This document shows, in pieces, positions 18,886 to 27,301 of a stretch of DNA of 40,470 nt. The position numbers and the translations under genes are program-made. Position 1 is the first letter of the stretch; each line of letters opens with the position of its first letter. Under the pieces are notes generated by a model. That model was not told the DNA's origin. It ran no database searches and saw only the letters and a program-made list of their open reading frames with translations. The stretch is from positions 1 to 40,470 of the forward strand of contig JBLIBC010000001.1 in assembly GCA_047632015.1 (NCBI GenBank), given 5' to 3'. The stretch is from Glaciecola sp. GTDB taxonomy: Bacteria; Bacteroidota; Bacteroidia; Flavobacteriales_C; GCA-002722245.

Positions 18886-20145
18886 ATGGCTAAAAATAAA
18901 AAAGACGAAAAAGAAAATGTAAAATGCTCTTTTTGTGGGCATGAAAAAAAGGACACTAATGTTTTGGTGGCTGGAATTCAAGGATACATTTGTGATAATT
19001 GTATTGAGCAAGCTCAGGTGATTGTCAAAGAAGAAATGTCTGCTCAGTATAAGAGTGACAGCAGTAGTGAGTTTACAGTATTGAAACCAATTGAAATCAA
19101 AAAACATTTGGACGAATACGTAATTGGTCAAGAAGAGGCAAAAAAAGTATTGTCAGTGGCTGTTTACAACCATTATAAAAGGCTAACAAATAAGTTAGTT
19201 ATTAATGATGATGACGTAGAAATTGAAAAGTCTAATATACTATTGGTAGGAGAAACTGGAACAGGTAAAACTTTGTTAGCAAAGACAATTGCCAAAGTGC
19301 TTAGCGTTCCGTTTTGTGTTGCTGATGCTACTGTATTAACTGAAGCTGGATATGTAGGTGAAGATGTGGAAAGCATTTTGTCTAGGTTACTTCAAGCTGC
19401 AGATTATGATGTGGAGGCAACTCAAAAAGGAATCATTTTTATTGATGAAATTGACAAAGTTGCACGAAAGGGTGATAATGCTTCTATTACAAGAGATGTT
19501 AGTGGTGAAGGTGTTCAGCAGGCAATGTTAAAATTACTGGAAGGAAGTGTAGTAGGTGTACCGCCTCAAGGAGGAAGAAAACATCCAGAACAAAAGTTAA
19601 CTCAAATCGATACTAAAGACATTTTATTTATCTGCGGTGGTGCATTTGATGGTATTCAAAAAATCATAGAAAAGCGTGTAAAAACAAATTCTTTGGGATT
19701 CAAAACAAGGCAAGACAAAGTAGACTGGGATCAAGAATCAGCATTGAAATATATTTCACCTGAGGATGTAAAATCGTTTGGACTAATTCCTGAACTGATA
19801 GGTAGGATGCCAGTGTTGTCGTTTTTGCTACCATTGGATGGTTTAGCATTAAAGAGAATACTTACGGAGCCTAAAAACGCATTGATTAAACAATATAAAA
19901 GGTTGTTTGAAATTGATGATGTGGAACTAAATTTTGAAAAAGAGGCATTGGATTTCATGGTTACTAAGGCAATGGAGTTTAAGTTAGGAGCTAGGGGACT
20001 TAGGTCAATTTGTGAAAACATATTGCTTGACGCTATGTTTGAATTGCCTTCCGACGAAAGTAAAAACAAATCACTTAAAATTGATTTGAAATACGTTGAA
20101 AGAAACTTGAGTAAAGAAAGAATGGAAAGCTTAAAAGTAGCTTAA
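18886..20145 (+). CDS. clpX: ATP-dependent Clp protease ATP-binding subunit ClpX
   Basis: N-terminal C4 zinc domain (CSFCGH...CDNC), Walker A GETGTGKT, Walker [10 protein letters not shown], and a pore-loop/IGF-like region. Confidence 0.97.
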   Translation: MAKNKKDEKENVKCSFCGHEKKDTNVLVAGIQGYICDNCIEQAQVIVKEEMSAQYKSDSSSEFTVLKPIEIKKHLDEYVIGQEEAKKVLSVAVYNHYKRLTNKLVINDDDVEIEKSNILLVGETGTGKTLLAKTIAKVLSVPFCVADATVLTEAGYVGEDVESILSRLLQAADYDVEATQKGIIFIDEIDKVARKGDNASITRDVSGEGVQQAMLKLLEGSVVGVPPQGGRKHPEQKLTQIDTKDILFICGGAFDGIQKIIEKRVKTNSLGFKTRQDKVDWDQESALKYISPEDVKSFGLIPELIGRMPVLSFLLPLDGLALKRILTEPKNALIKQYKRLFEIDDVELNFEKEALDFMVTKAMEFKLGARGLRSICENILLDAMFELPSDESKNKSLKIDLKYVERNLSKERMESLKVA

Positions 20146-20151
20146 ATAATA

Positions 20152-21276
20152 ATGGGAGAGTTTGTCGTTTCTGCAAGAAAATATAGGCCCAGCACCTTTG
20201 AAACGGTGGTTGGTCAGGAAACAATTACTTCTACTTTAAAGAATGCAATTTTAAGTAAGCAATTAGCTCAATCCTTTTTGTTTTGTGGTCCTAGAGGAGT
20301 GGGTAAAACTACTTGTGCCAGGATATTAGCAAAAACAATCAACTGTTTCAGTGTTGGAAAGGACGGAGAAGCTTGCAATAAATGTGAAAGTTGCGAATCC
20401 TTCAACGGTGGAAATTCATTAAATATTTTTGAGTTAGATGCCGCATCAAATAATTCAGTGGATGATATCCGTAATTTGATTAATCAAGTTAGGATTGCAC
20501 CAACCATTGGAACTAAAAAAGTTTATATCGTAGATGAAGTTCACATGTTGTCTTCAGCTGCGTTCAATGCGTTTTTGAAAACCTTAGAAGAGCCTCCAAA
20601 GCACGCTGTTTTCATTCTTGCTACTACTGAAAAACATAAAATATTACCTACTATTTTATCAAGGTGTCAAATTTTTAATTTCAGTAGGATTACAACAGGT
20701 GACATGGTTAGTCATTTAGAGAATATTGCTGAAAAAGAAAAAATCAAAACGGAGCACGATGCATTACACGTTATTGCTCAGAAAGCTGATGGAGGTTTAA
20801 GAGACGCTTTATCTATATTTGATCAACTGGTTAGTTTTAGTGGAGGGGAGCTGAGTTATGACCAAGTAATAAAGAACCTAAATATTCTTGATTTCGACTA
20901 TTACTTTAAAGCAACCAAAATGGTGGTGGATAAGGATTTGTCTGCTTTGTTTTTATTGCTTGATGAGGTGTTAAGGAATGGTTTTGAAGATCATTTGTTC
21001 ATGATGGGGATTGGGGAGCATTTCAGAAACTTGTTACTTGCAAAAAATGACTCCACTTTAGGTTTGATAGATTGCGGAGAAGGAATCAAAGAAAAGTACA
21101 AAGGACAAAGTGAATTGTGCGATAAGAATTTTCTAATTAGTGCTCTGCAATTGGTAAGCGATTTTGACGTCCAGTACCGTCAAAGTAAAAGCAAACGCCT
21201 ACTAACTGAGGTGACCTTAATGCAGTTTTGCAGTGAAGATATTTTAGAAAGTAAAAAAAAAAGTCCAATAGGATAA
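20152..21276 (+). CDS. dnaX: DNA polymerase III gamma/tau, N-terminal domains I-III. The zero-frame product is gamma-sized (374 aa).
   Basis: ARKYRPSTFETVVGQE, Walker A GPRGVGKTT, zinc module CNKCESCESF, DEVHML, SRC motif (LSRCQ). It stops 4 codons after an A10 run. Confidence 0.9.
   Translation: MGEFVVSARKYRPSTFETVVGQETITSTLKNAILSKQLAQSFLFCGPRGVGKTTCARILAKTINCFSVGKDGEACNKCESCESFNGGNSLNIFELDAASNNSVDDIRNLINQVRIAPTIGTKKVYIVDEVHMLSSAAFNAFLKTLEEPPKHAVFILATTEKHKILPTILSRCQIFNFSRITTGDMVSHLENIAEKEKIKTEHDALHVIAQKADGGLRDALSIFDQLVSFSGGELSYDQVIKNLNILDFDYYFKATKMVVDKDLSALFLLLDEVLRNGFEDHLFMMGIGEHFRNLLLAKNDSTLGLIDCGEGIKEKYKGQSELCDKNFLISALQLVSDFDVQYRQSKSKRLLTEVTLMQFCSEDILESKKKSPIG
21253..21262 (+). other. 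A10 homopolymer at the dnaX frame junction: candidate slippery site (ribosomal -1 or transcriptional +1A), or a homopolymer miscall
   Basis: AGT AAA AAA AAA AGT in the zero frame. The -1 frame opens at 21255. Confidence 0.6.
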
Positions 21277-21866
21277 TTCTACCTATTCCATCTATATGGT
21301 CTGAGTCGGCTTCAGTATCAAAGCATCCAAAAGATTTTAAAGCGAAGGTTGATATTCGATCTAGGATTAATACTGGAGAAGCTATGCCTGACGTAGTAAA
21401 AATTAAACGTTCTGTTGCCGATGTTCGCATTCCCGCATTAGTTTCTTTAAAGGAACTAATGCGGGAAGATAAAAAGCAAGAACCCAATGCAGAAGATTTA
21501 CCAAAAGACGATTATTCTCAGGAAAAGCTAACAGAAGCATGGATGGATTTCGCCTATACAATTAAAAAAACCGATTTGGATTTCTTTTCAACATTGAGCT
21601 CCTTTTTGCCTGAGGTAAGCGAAAAAGGAACTGTGAAGATAACTGTTCATAACAGTACTCAGAGTGGGGACATATTGAAAATGAAATCAGAATTATTACC
21701 ATCTGTTCGGAAAACACTCAACAATTTTTCGTTTGATTTTGAAATTGAAGTGAATAAAAGTGAGGCAAAAGACATTGCCGTTACTCCTCAGCAAAAGTAT
21801 GCTAAATTGGTGGAAAAAAATGCATTGTTAGAGGAGTACAGAAAAAAATTAGGTTTAGGATTTTAA
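21255..21866 (+). CDS. dnaX: Tau-specific C-terminal part of DnaX, encoded in the -1 frame relative to 20152..21276
   Basis: Hand translation of the -1 frame shows no stop from 21255 to the TAA at 21864-21866. It runs ...KSNRIILPIPSIWSESASVSKHPKDFKAKVDIRSRINTGEA-MPDVVK... into the listed 160-aa ORF. The tail ...QQKYAKLVEKNALLEEYRKKLGLGF resembles Bacteroidota DnaX C-termini as I remember them. Confidence 0.65.
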   Translation, partial: KKKSNRIILPIPSIWSESASVSKHPKDFKAKVDIRSRINTGEAMPDVVKIKRSVADVRIPALVSLKELMREDKKQEPNAEDLPKDDYSQEKLTEAWMDFAYTIKKTDLDFFSTLSSFLPEVSEKGTVKITVHNSTQSGDILKMKSELLPSVRKTLNNFSFDFEIEVNKSEAKDIAVTPQQKYAKLVEKNALLEEYRKKLGLGF

Positions 21867-21876
21867 AAAACATTAC

Positions 21877-22509
21877 ATGCGTATTAAAAATCTAATTCTC
21901 GATTTGGGAGGCGTTTTATACGACTTGGATTACGGAAAAACTCAAAATGCGTTAGTTCGACTTGGTTTGGAAAATAGTTTTTCTCAATTAACACAATCCT
22001 CTTTATTTGATGATCTCGAAGAGGGGACTATAACATCTGAGTTTTTTATAAACCAGTTGATATCCCTAAGTGACAATCAAAATGTACAACCACAGCAAGT
22101 TATTGATGCTTGGAATGCGATGTTGTTAGGAATGCCTGCTGAAAAGTTTGAATTACTTAAGGAGCTCAAAGGAAGCTATAATTTGTATTTATACAGTAAT
22201 ACTAATGCTATTCACATAAAAGAAGTTTGGAGACACTATAAAATCAGTCATGGTGTTGACAATTTAGACGGTTTTTTTTTAAAGGTGTACCTCTCAAATG
22301 AAATTAACATTCGAAAGCCTAAGACGGCTGGTTTTGATTTAATTGTGAAAGAGAACAACTTGATTAAAGAAGAAACTTTATTCATAGATGATTCACCTCA
22401 ACACGTGAAGGGTGCTAAATTGGCCGGTATTCATAGTTTTTGGTTGGACTTGAAAAAGGAAGATTTACGCTTGCTTTTGTCCAGAAAAGGCTTGTTGGGT
22501 AAAGTTTAA
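21877..22509 (+). CDS. HAD-superfamily hydrolase (subfamily IA-like phosphatase)
   Basis: Motif I LILDLGGVL, motif II SNTN, motif IV-like FIDDSPQHVKGA. Confidence 0.8.
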   Translation: MRIKNLILDLGGVLYDLDYGKTQNALVRLGLENSFSQLTQSSLFDDLEEGTITSEFFINQLISLSDNQNVQPQQVIDAWNAMLLGMPAEKFELLKELKGSYNLYLYSNTNAIHIKEVWRHYKISHGVDNLDGFFLKVYLSNEINIRKPKTAGFDLIVKENNLIKEETLFIDDSPQHVKGAKLAGIHSFWLDLKKEDLRLLLSRKGLLGKV

Positions 22510-22596
22510 ATAGAAAGTTTGAAAGTTCAAAGTAAGGAGTGAGCAAAATTGCTAAGTTCTTGCTACATTTGCATCACTTTTAACGGTGCAATTTCC

Positions 22597-23544
22597 TTGA
22601 AAAAAGACAGCGAACACATCAAGAAACCTAAATCAAAAACCTCTATAAAGGTTGCAGATTATCGAACCTTTTTGAAGGTGAGACTAGCGAGTTTAGTCGT
22701 TTTTTCGGCCTCGATTACCTATGTCCTTGCTTTTCATCATGATCCCAACATGGTTAATAAACCACCTTTTGATTGGCTGAAATTGTTCTGGGTTGTGCTT
22801 GGTGGCTTTTTAGTGACAGGTTCTTCCAATGGTTTGAATCAAATTTGGGAAAGAAAATCAGATAAATTAATGACCCGGACTGCTGACAGACCTCTTCCTC
22901 AAAATAGGATGAACACTACAGAAGGAGTTATCATTGCTGCAATTACCGGAGTTGCTGGTATTTTCATTCTCTGGTATTTTTTAAATGCCATGACGGGAAT
23001 TTTAGGATTGTTATCATTGGTGCTTTACGCAACTGTTTATACACCTATGAAAAAGATGTCATCATGGGCAGTGTTTGTGGGTGCATTTCCTGGCGCGATG
23101 CCCCCAATGATAGGGTGGGTTGCTTTTACTGGAAAATTATCTCCTGAAGCATTCTCATTATTTGCTCTTCAGTTCATTTGGCAATTCCCTCATTTTTGGG
23201 CAATTGCATGGAGGTTATTCGAGGATTATAAAAAAGGAGGGTTCCATTTGTTGCCATCGGCAAAAGGAAAAGACATCAAAAGTGCTATGCAAATATTGTT
23301 GTACACTTTATTCATGATTCCGATTTCGCTACTTCCAACCCTTAAAGTTTTTGGTAGTATTGGAGGAGTGTTTTCTGCTGTTGTGTTTATACTTGCAGGT
23401 TTATTAATGTTGTACCCCGCATACAAGTTATTTAAGACTTTAGAGGATAAATGGGCGACAAAATTAATGTTTGCCTCCTTTATATACTTGCCTGTTGTAC
23501 TGATAGCACTGTTAATTGATCAACTTTTTATTTTATCACAATGA
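22597..23544 (+). CDS. cyoE: Protoheme IX farnesyltransferase (heme O synthase)
   Basis: UbiA-family motifs: NQIWERKSDKLMTRTADRPLP, and the second Asp-rich region is replaced by the typical YTPMKK...GAFPGAMPP. No in-frame ATG lies before the conserved core. I prefer the TTG at 22597 over the listed TTG at 22549 because a TACATTTG -7 box sits at 22564-22571. The start is uncertain. Confidence 0.85.
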   Translation: MKKDSEHIKKPKSKTSIKVADYRTFLKVRLASLVVFSASITYVLAFHHDPNMVNKPPFDWLKLFWVVLGGFLVTGSSNGLNQIWERKSDKLMTRTADRPLPQNRMNTTEGVIIAAITGVAGIFILWYFLNAMTGILGLLSLVLYATVYTPMKKMSSWAVFVGAFPGAMPPMIGWVAFTGKLSPEAFSLFALQFIWQFPHFWAIAWRLFEDYKKGGFHLLPSAKGKDIKSAMQILLYTLFMIPISLLPTLKVFGSIGGVFSAVVFILAGLLMLYPAYKLFKTLEDKWATKLMFASFIYLPVVLIALLIDQLFILSQ

Positions 23545-24278
23545 GTAATTTAAGTCCGGAAGAGAAATTAGAAATTAGAACAAAAACGCACCGCCAATTA
23601 ATGTGGGTAGGGGTTTTTTCAATTACTATGATGTTTGGTGGGTTATCAAGTGCTTACATCGTATCAAAAGCAGATGTGACTTGGGTTAAAATATTCCCTC
23701 CAGTCGCTTTTTACATTTCAAGTGTTGCAATCATTTTAAGTAGCATATTTTATTTTTTTGCTTTACAATTTATTAAAAAGGGAAAAAAGACATTGAGCAC
23801 AATCATGGTAGCTGTTACTTTGATTTTAGGGTTTGTTTTTTTACAATACCAGGTGAAAGGGTGGTCTTATTTGAATGAAAGAGGTAGCTATGTAGGAGGT
23901 AATAATAATATTCGGTTAATAGTTGAAAATGACTTAAGTGAATACGGTAAAGATTATATTGTAGTTCAAAATGGAATAGAGTTGGCCTATTTTGAAGGTG
24001 ATTTTTATGATACAAGGGATAAAACATATAGTTCTCCTGTTAAAAAAGTAAACTTGAACACAAGTAATAATTCGAGTTCTTACTTCTTTTTACTCACCGG
24101 ATTACACTTTTTACATTTGATTGGAGGCCTGATATCTTTAATTATAGTTTTGGTAAAAAGCGTTAAAGGAAGGTACTCAAAAGATGATATGATTGGAATA
24201 AAAGTAAGTGCCATTTATTGGCATTTTTTAGGTTTTTTGTGGTTATATTTGCTCGGCCTACTGTATTATATAGGCTAA
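23541..24278 (+). CDS. Heme-copper oxidase subunit III family protein, with a hydrophilic insert
   Basis: Multi-TM protein ending ...FLLTGLHFLHLIGGLI...YWHFLGFLWLYL, the CoxIII C-terminal signature. 4-nt overlap with cyoE. Confidence 0.8.
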   Translation: MSNLSPEEKLEIRTKTHRQLMWVGVFSITMMFGGLSSAYIVSKADVTWVKIFPPVAFYISSVAIILSSIFYFFALQFIKKGKKTLSTIMVAVTLILGFVFLQYQVKGWSYLNERGSYVGGNNNIRLIVENDLSEYGKDYIVVQNGIELAYFEGDFYDTRDKTYSSPVKKVNLNTSNNSSSYFFLLTGLHFLHLIGGLISLIIVLVKSVKGRYSKDDMIGIKVSAIYWHFLGFLWLYLLGLLYYIG

Positions 24279-24316
24279 TTGAGACTAAATAAAAATAAGA
24301 GTTAAAACATAAGATT

Positions 24317-25048
24317 ATGGCTGGAGAAGCAACAAAAGCAATTGATCCAAAAGAATTATGGGAGGGTGGTCGTTCACCTTTTAGTTTGAGCTACGGAAAA
24401 ATGATGATGTGGTTTTTCTTGATATCTGATGCACTGACATTTGGAGCATTTATTGTCACGCTAGGTTACTTCAGATTTACCTATTCTTCTTGGCCAGTTT
24501 CGGATCAAGTATTCTATCATATTCCTTTTTATCACTCCCATTTTCCTGAGGATGGTTTTCCTTTGGCTTATGTAGCTTTTATGACTTTTATCCTTATTGT
24601 GTCATCAGTAACTATGGTACTTGCTGTTGAGGCAGGACATAGGATGGATAAGAAAAAAGTGACTTTCTGGTTAGTGTTGACAGTAGTTGGAGGTTTAATA
24701 TTTTTAGGTTCTCAGGCTTGGGAGTGGTACGGAGTCATTCTTGGTCCCGATGGAGTATTTGGAACTTATGATGATACCTTAATTCATCAAAATTATCTTG
24801 GTGGTTGGCTTGATGGTCATCCAATTCAGGGGCCGCCACAGTATGCTCAAATATTTTATTGTGTAACTGGTTTTCACGGCTTTCACGTATTTAGTGGGGT
24901 TGTGATAAATGCAGTGATATTGATAAACGTTATTGCTGGAACTTACGAAAAAAGAGGTCATTACGAAATGGTAGAAAAAGGTGGACTGTACTGGCATTTT
25001 GTCGATTTAGTGTGGGTATTTGTATTTACCTTCTTTTACTTACTGTAA
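24317..25048 (+). CDS. Cytochrome c oxidase subunit III
   Basis: ...FFLISDALTFGAF...CVTGFHGFHVFSGV...LYWHFVDLVWVFVF. Confidence 0.85.
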   Translation: MAGEATKAIDPKELWEGGRSPFSLSYGKMMMWFFLISDALTFGAFIVTLGYFRFTYSSWPVSDQVFYHIPFYHSHFPEDGFPLAYVAFMTFILIVSSVTMVLAVEAGHRMDKKKVTFWLVLTVVGGLIFLGSQAWEWYGVILGPDGVFGTYDDTLIHQNYLGGWLDGHPIQGPPQYAQIFYCVTGFHGFHVFSGVVINAVILINVIAGTYEKRGHYEMVEKGGLYWHFVDLVWVFVFTFFYLL

Positions 25049-25107
25049 GTAAATTGTCAAATTGGCTTGTTGAAATTAGTAAGACTAAACATTAGAAATT
25101 CTACATT

Positions 25108-25500
25108 ATGGAAAGAGACGATATCATAGAGTATTCATTAGACGCTCATCACAGTGAAGAAGCTGGGAAGAAAATAAGAAAAAGAATTTGGCAAGTTACG
25201 GGTATCTTGACGTTAATTACGGCAGTTGAGGTATTTGTAGGTGTAGTGTGGAGTAAGACAGTATTAGCTGAAAAATATGCTGAAAATGCTGGCTTAATTT
25301 GGACATTTATCAAATGGGGGTATATTATTCTTACTGTGTTTAAAGCAAGGTTTATTGTACTTGAATTTATGCACCTTGGGGAGGAAAGGAAAAGTTTTAC
25401 GAAAATTATTTTATACCCGTATTTATTTTTCATCCTTTATTTTATATTTATTATGCTTACAGAAGCAATCGCAGTAGATGGCGTTAACTTTAATCCATAA
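25108..25500 (+). CDS. Cytochrome c oxidase subunit IV family small membrane protein
   Basis: 130 aa with three predicted TM helices, placed directly after the CoxIII genes. The opposite-strand ORF 25149..25433 is rejected. Confidence 0.7.
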   Translation: MERDDIIEYSLDAHHSEEAGKKIRKRIWQVTGILTLITAVEVFVGVVWSKTVLAEKYAENAGLIWTFIKWGYIILTVFKARFIVLEFMHLGEERKSFTKIILYPYLFFILYFIFIMLTEAIAVDGVNFNP

Positions 25501-26159
25501 TGGAAAAGGGTACTACAACCTTTAAAAGAAGACTTCTTTTTATATCATTATTTATAGTGCCATTCCTAGCAGGGATGGCACTTATTTTTATAGGAAAAGG
25601 TATTGGGACTCTACCGGTACTTCATGAGACAGGAGTGATTGAAATTGACGGTAAAGACGTTATGCAACACTATCAGGTGGCTGACTTCACTGCGAGTAAA
25701 TTTGATGGCTCTGAATATGTTTTTTCTCGAAAAGATTCATCTATTTTTCTTTTGTGTTTATTTGAAGAAGAGAAACAAGGTGAGTGGGAAAAAAATTTAA
25801 GTTACATGAGTAAAATTGTGGATAGGTATACCAATTTTAAGTTGTTATCTGTTTATGAAAATGACCCATCTTTGTTTAATTGGGCAGAAGATCCTGTTCC
25901 GTTTTTTAAAAGACACCCAGCATGGGAACCTTTGTGGTTGGAAAAAGAAAATTTTAAAGCTTTAGTTAATAATCTTAAGTTGTATCGAGACTCAGTAAGT
26001 GGCAGCTTTCCTTACGTCATCGTTGACAAAGAAAAATACATCCGAACCTACTGCCCTATTAATGATTTAAAAAAATCCAGAGACGTACCTAAGTTGCTCA
26101 AAATATTAAACAACCAATATGTTCCTAAAAAAATTGAGCTCACTGCTAAGCCTCATTAG
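25500..26159 (+). CDS. Membrane-anchored SCO/thioredoxin-fold-like protein lacking the CxxxC copper site
   Basis: One N-terminal TM helix. Blocks align by eye to the downstream SCO: HYQVADFTASKFDG / HTIPDFEFTNQFDK; IFLLCLFEEE / IYIADFFFTTC; YVIVDKEKYIRTY / LVLIDKQGRIRGLY. Confidence 0.55.
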   Translation: MEKGTTTFKRRLLFISLFIVPFLAGMALIFIGKGIGTLPVLHETGVIEIDGKDVMQHYQVADFTASKFDGSEYVFSRKDSSIFLLCLFEEEKQGEWEKNLSYMSKIVDRYTNFKLLSVYENDPSLFNWAEDPVPFFKRHPAWEPLWLEKENFKALVNNLKLYRDSVSGSFPYVIVDKEKYIRTYCPINDLKKSRDVPKLLKILNNQYVPKKIELTAKPH

Positions 26160-26757
26160 TTCTGTTGCATTTATTGCACTATTTGCTGTTTCTTGTCATA
26201 GTCCTGAATCTTTACCGATTTATGGGAACCGAGATTTTGATTCGGCTGGAGATACTATTTTCCATACAATTCCTGATTTCGAATTTACTAATCAATTCGA
26301 TAAAAAGGTAAATCAAGATTCATACAAAGGTAAAATATACATAGCCGATTTCTTTTTTACAACATGCCCAGGAATTTGTCCAATCATGACTGATGAGCTT
26401 TTCAGGGTGCAGAAAGAGCTACAAAAACTTCCAAATGATATACTAATATTATCGCATACCGTCGACCCTGAAAGTGATTCTACAGCTGCATTGTTGGCTT
26501 ACGGGAAAAGTAAAGGTGCTGATTTTACTTCATGGAACTTTGTCACTGGCAGTAAACGGAAGTTGTACAGAATGGCTGAGTCATATTTAGTAGTAGCAAA
26601 TCATAACCCGGGAGAGGAAATGGAATTCGTGCATAGCGATAAGCTGGTATTGATTGATAAACAGGGAAGGATTCGAGGTTTGTATAGTGGGATTGAAACA
26701 AGAGAAGTTGATCAGTTAATAGCGGATGTAAAATTATTAATAAAGGAACATGACTAG
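26119..26757 (+). CDS. SCO1/SenC-family copper chaperone lipoprotein
   Basis: Lipobox LFAVSC, copper site FFFTTCPGICP (Cys codons 26365-26367 and 26377-26379), and a conserved distal His (FVHSD). Confidence 0.9.
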   Translation: MFLKKLSSLLSLISSVAFIALFAVSCHSPESLPIYGNRDFDSAGDTIFHTIPDFEFTNQFDKKVNQDSYKGKIYIADFFFTTCPGICPIMTDELFRVQKELQKLPNDILILSHTVDPESDSTAALLAYGKSKGADFTSWNFVTGSKRKLYRMAESYLVVANHNPGEEMEFVHSDKLVLIDKQGRIRGLYSGIETREVDQLIADVKLLIKEHD

Positions 26758-27289
26758 CGATAAAATCGGTAAAGGAAATAAAGGCGTTATAATAGGGATA
26801 TGGATCTTCACAGTTGTTGTATATGCTCTTGTGCTGTATCTGCATTCACCAGGCGTTTCAAAGCCTGAAGCGGCTCCGGAATTTACAAAGAGTTTACCGC
26901 TATTTCATGCCATATTAAATGGAACATGTTTTTGTTTGCTGATTTTTTCATTAGTGGCGATAAAAAATGGCAAAGTAGCTATGCATCAAAGATTGAATAC
27001 GGTAGCAATGATATTGTCAGTTGTTTTTTTATTGAGCTATGTGCTGTATCACATGACAAACGGTGATACAATTTACGGCGGCGCTTATGCAGGATTATAT
27101 TACTTCATATTGTTTTCTCACATAGGGCTAGCAGGATTGTCTTTGCCAGGGATATTGTTTGCATTCTACCGAGGTTTAATCGGTGACATCGCTAAACATA
27201 AAAAGATTGTGAGAAGTATTTACCCGATTTGGTTGTACGTTTCTTTGACGGGAGTCCTGGTTTATGTTTTCTTGAAACCTTATTACTAG
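26750..27289 (+). CDS. DUF420 membrane protein (CtaM-like oxidase assembly factor family)
   Basis: Four TM helices, ...HAILNGTCFCLLIFSLVAIKNGKVAMHQRLN...YHM.... Terminal position in the oxidase accessory operon. Confidence 0.8.
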   Translation: MTSDKIGKGNKGVIIGIWIFTVVVYALVLYLHSPGVSKPEAAPEFTKSLPLFHAILNGTCFCLLIFSLVAIKNGKVAMHQRLNTVAMILSVVFLLSYVLYHMTNGDTIYGGAYAGLYYFILFSHIGLAGLSLPGILFAFYRGLIGDIAKHKKIVRSIYPIWLYVSLTGVLVYVFLKPYY

Positions 27290-27301
27290 AATAGTGCAAG
27301 G

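Noticed and set aside
21137-21487. Minus-strand 116-aa ORF bridging the dnaX junction
   Set aside because: It is antisense to both dnaX reading frames and has no motif. The gap is better explained by the -1 frame being open on the plus strand.
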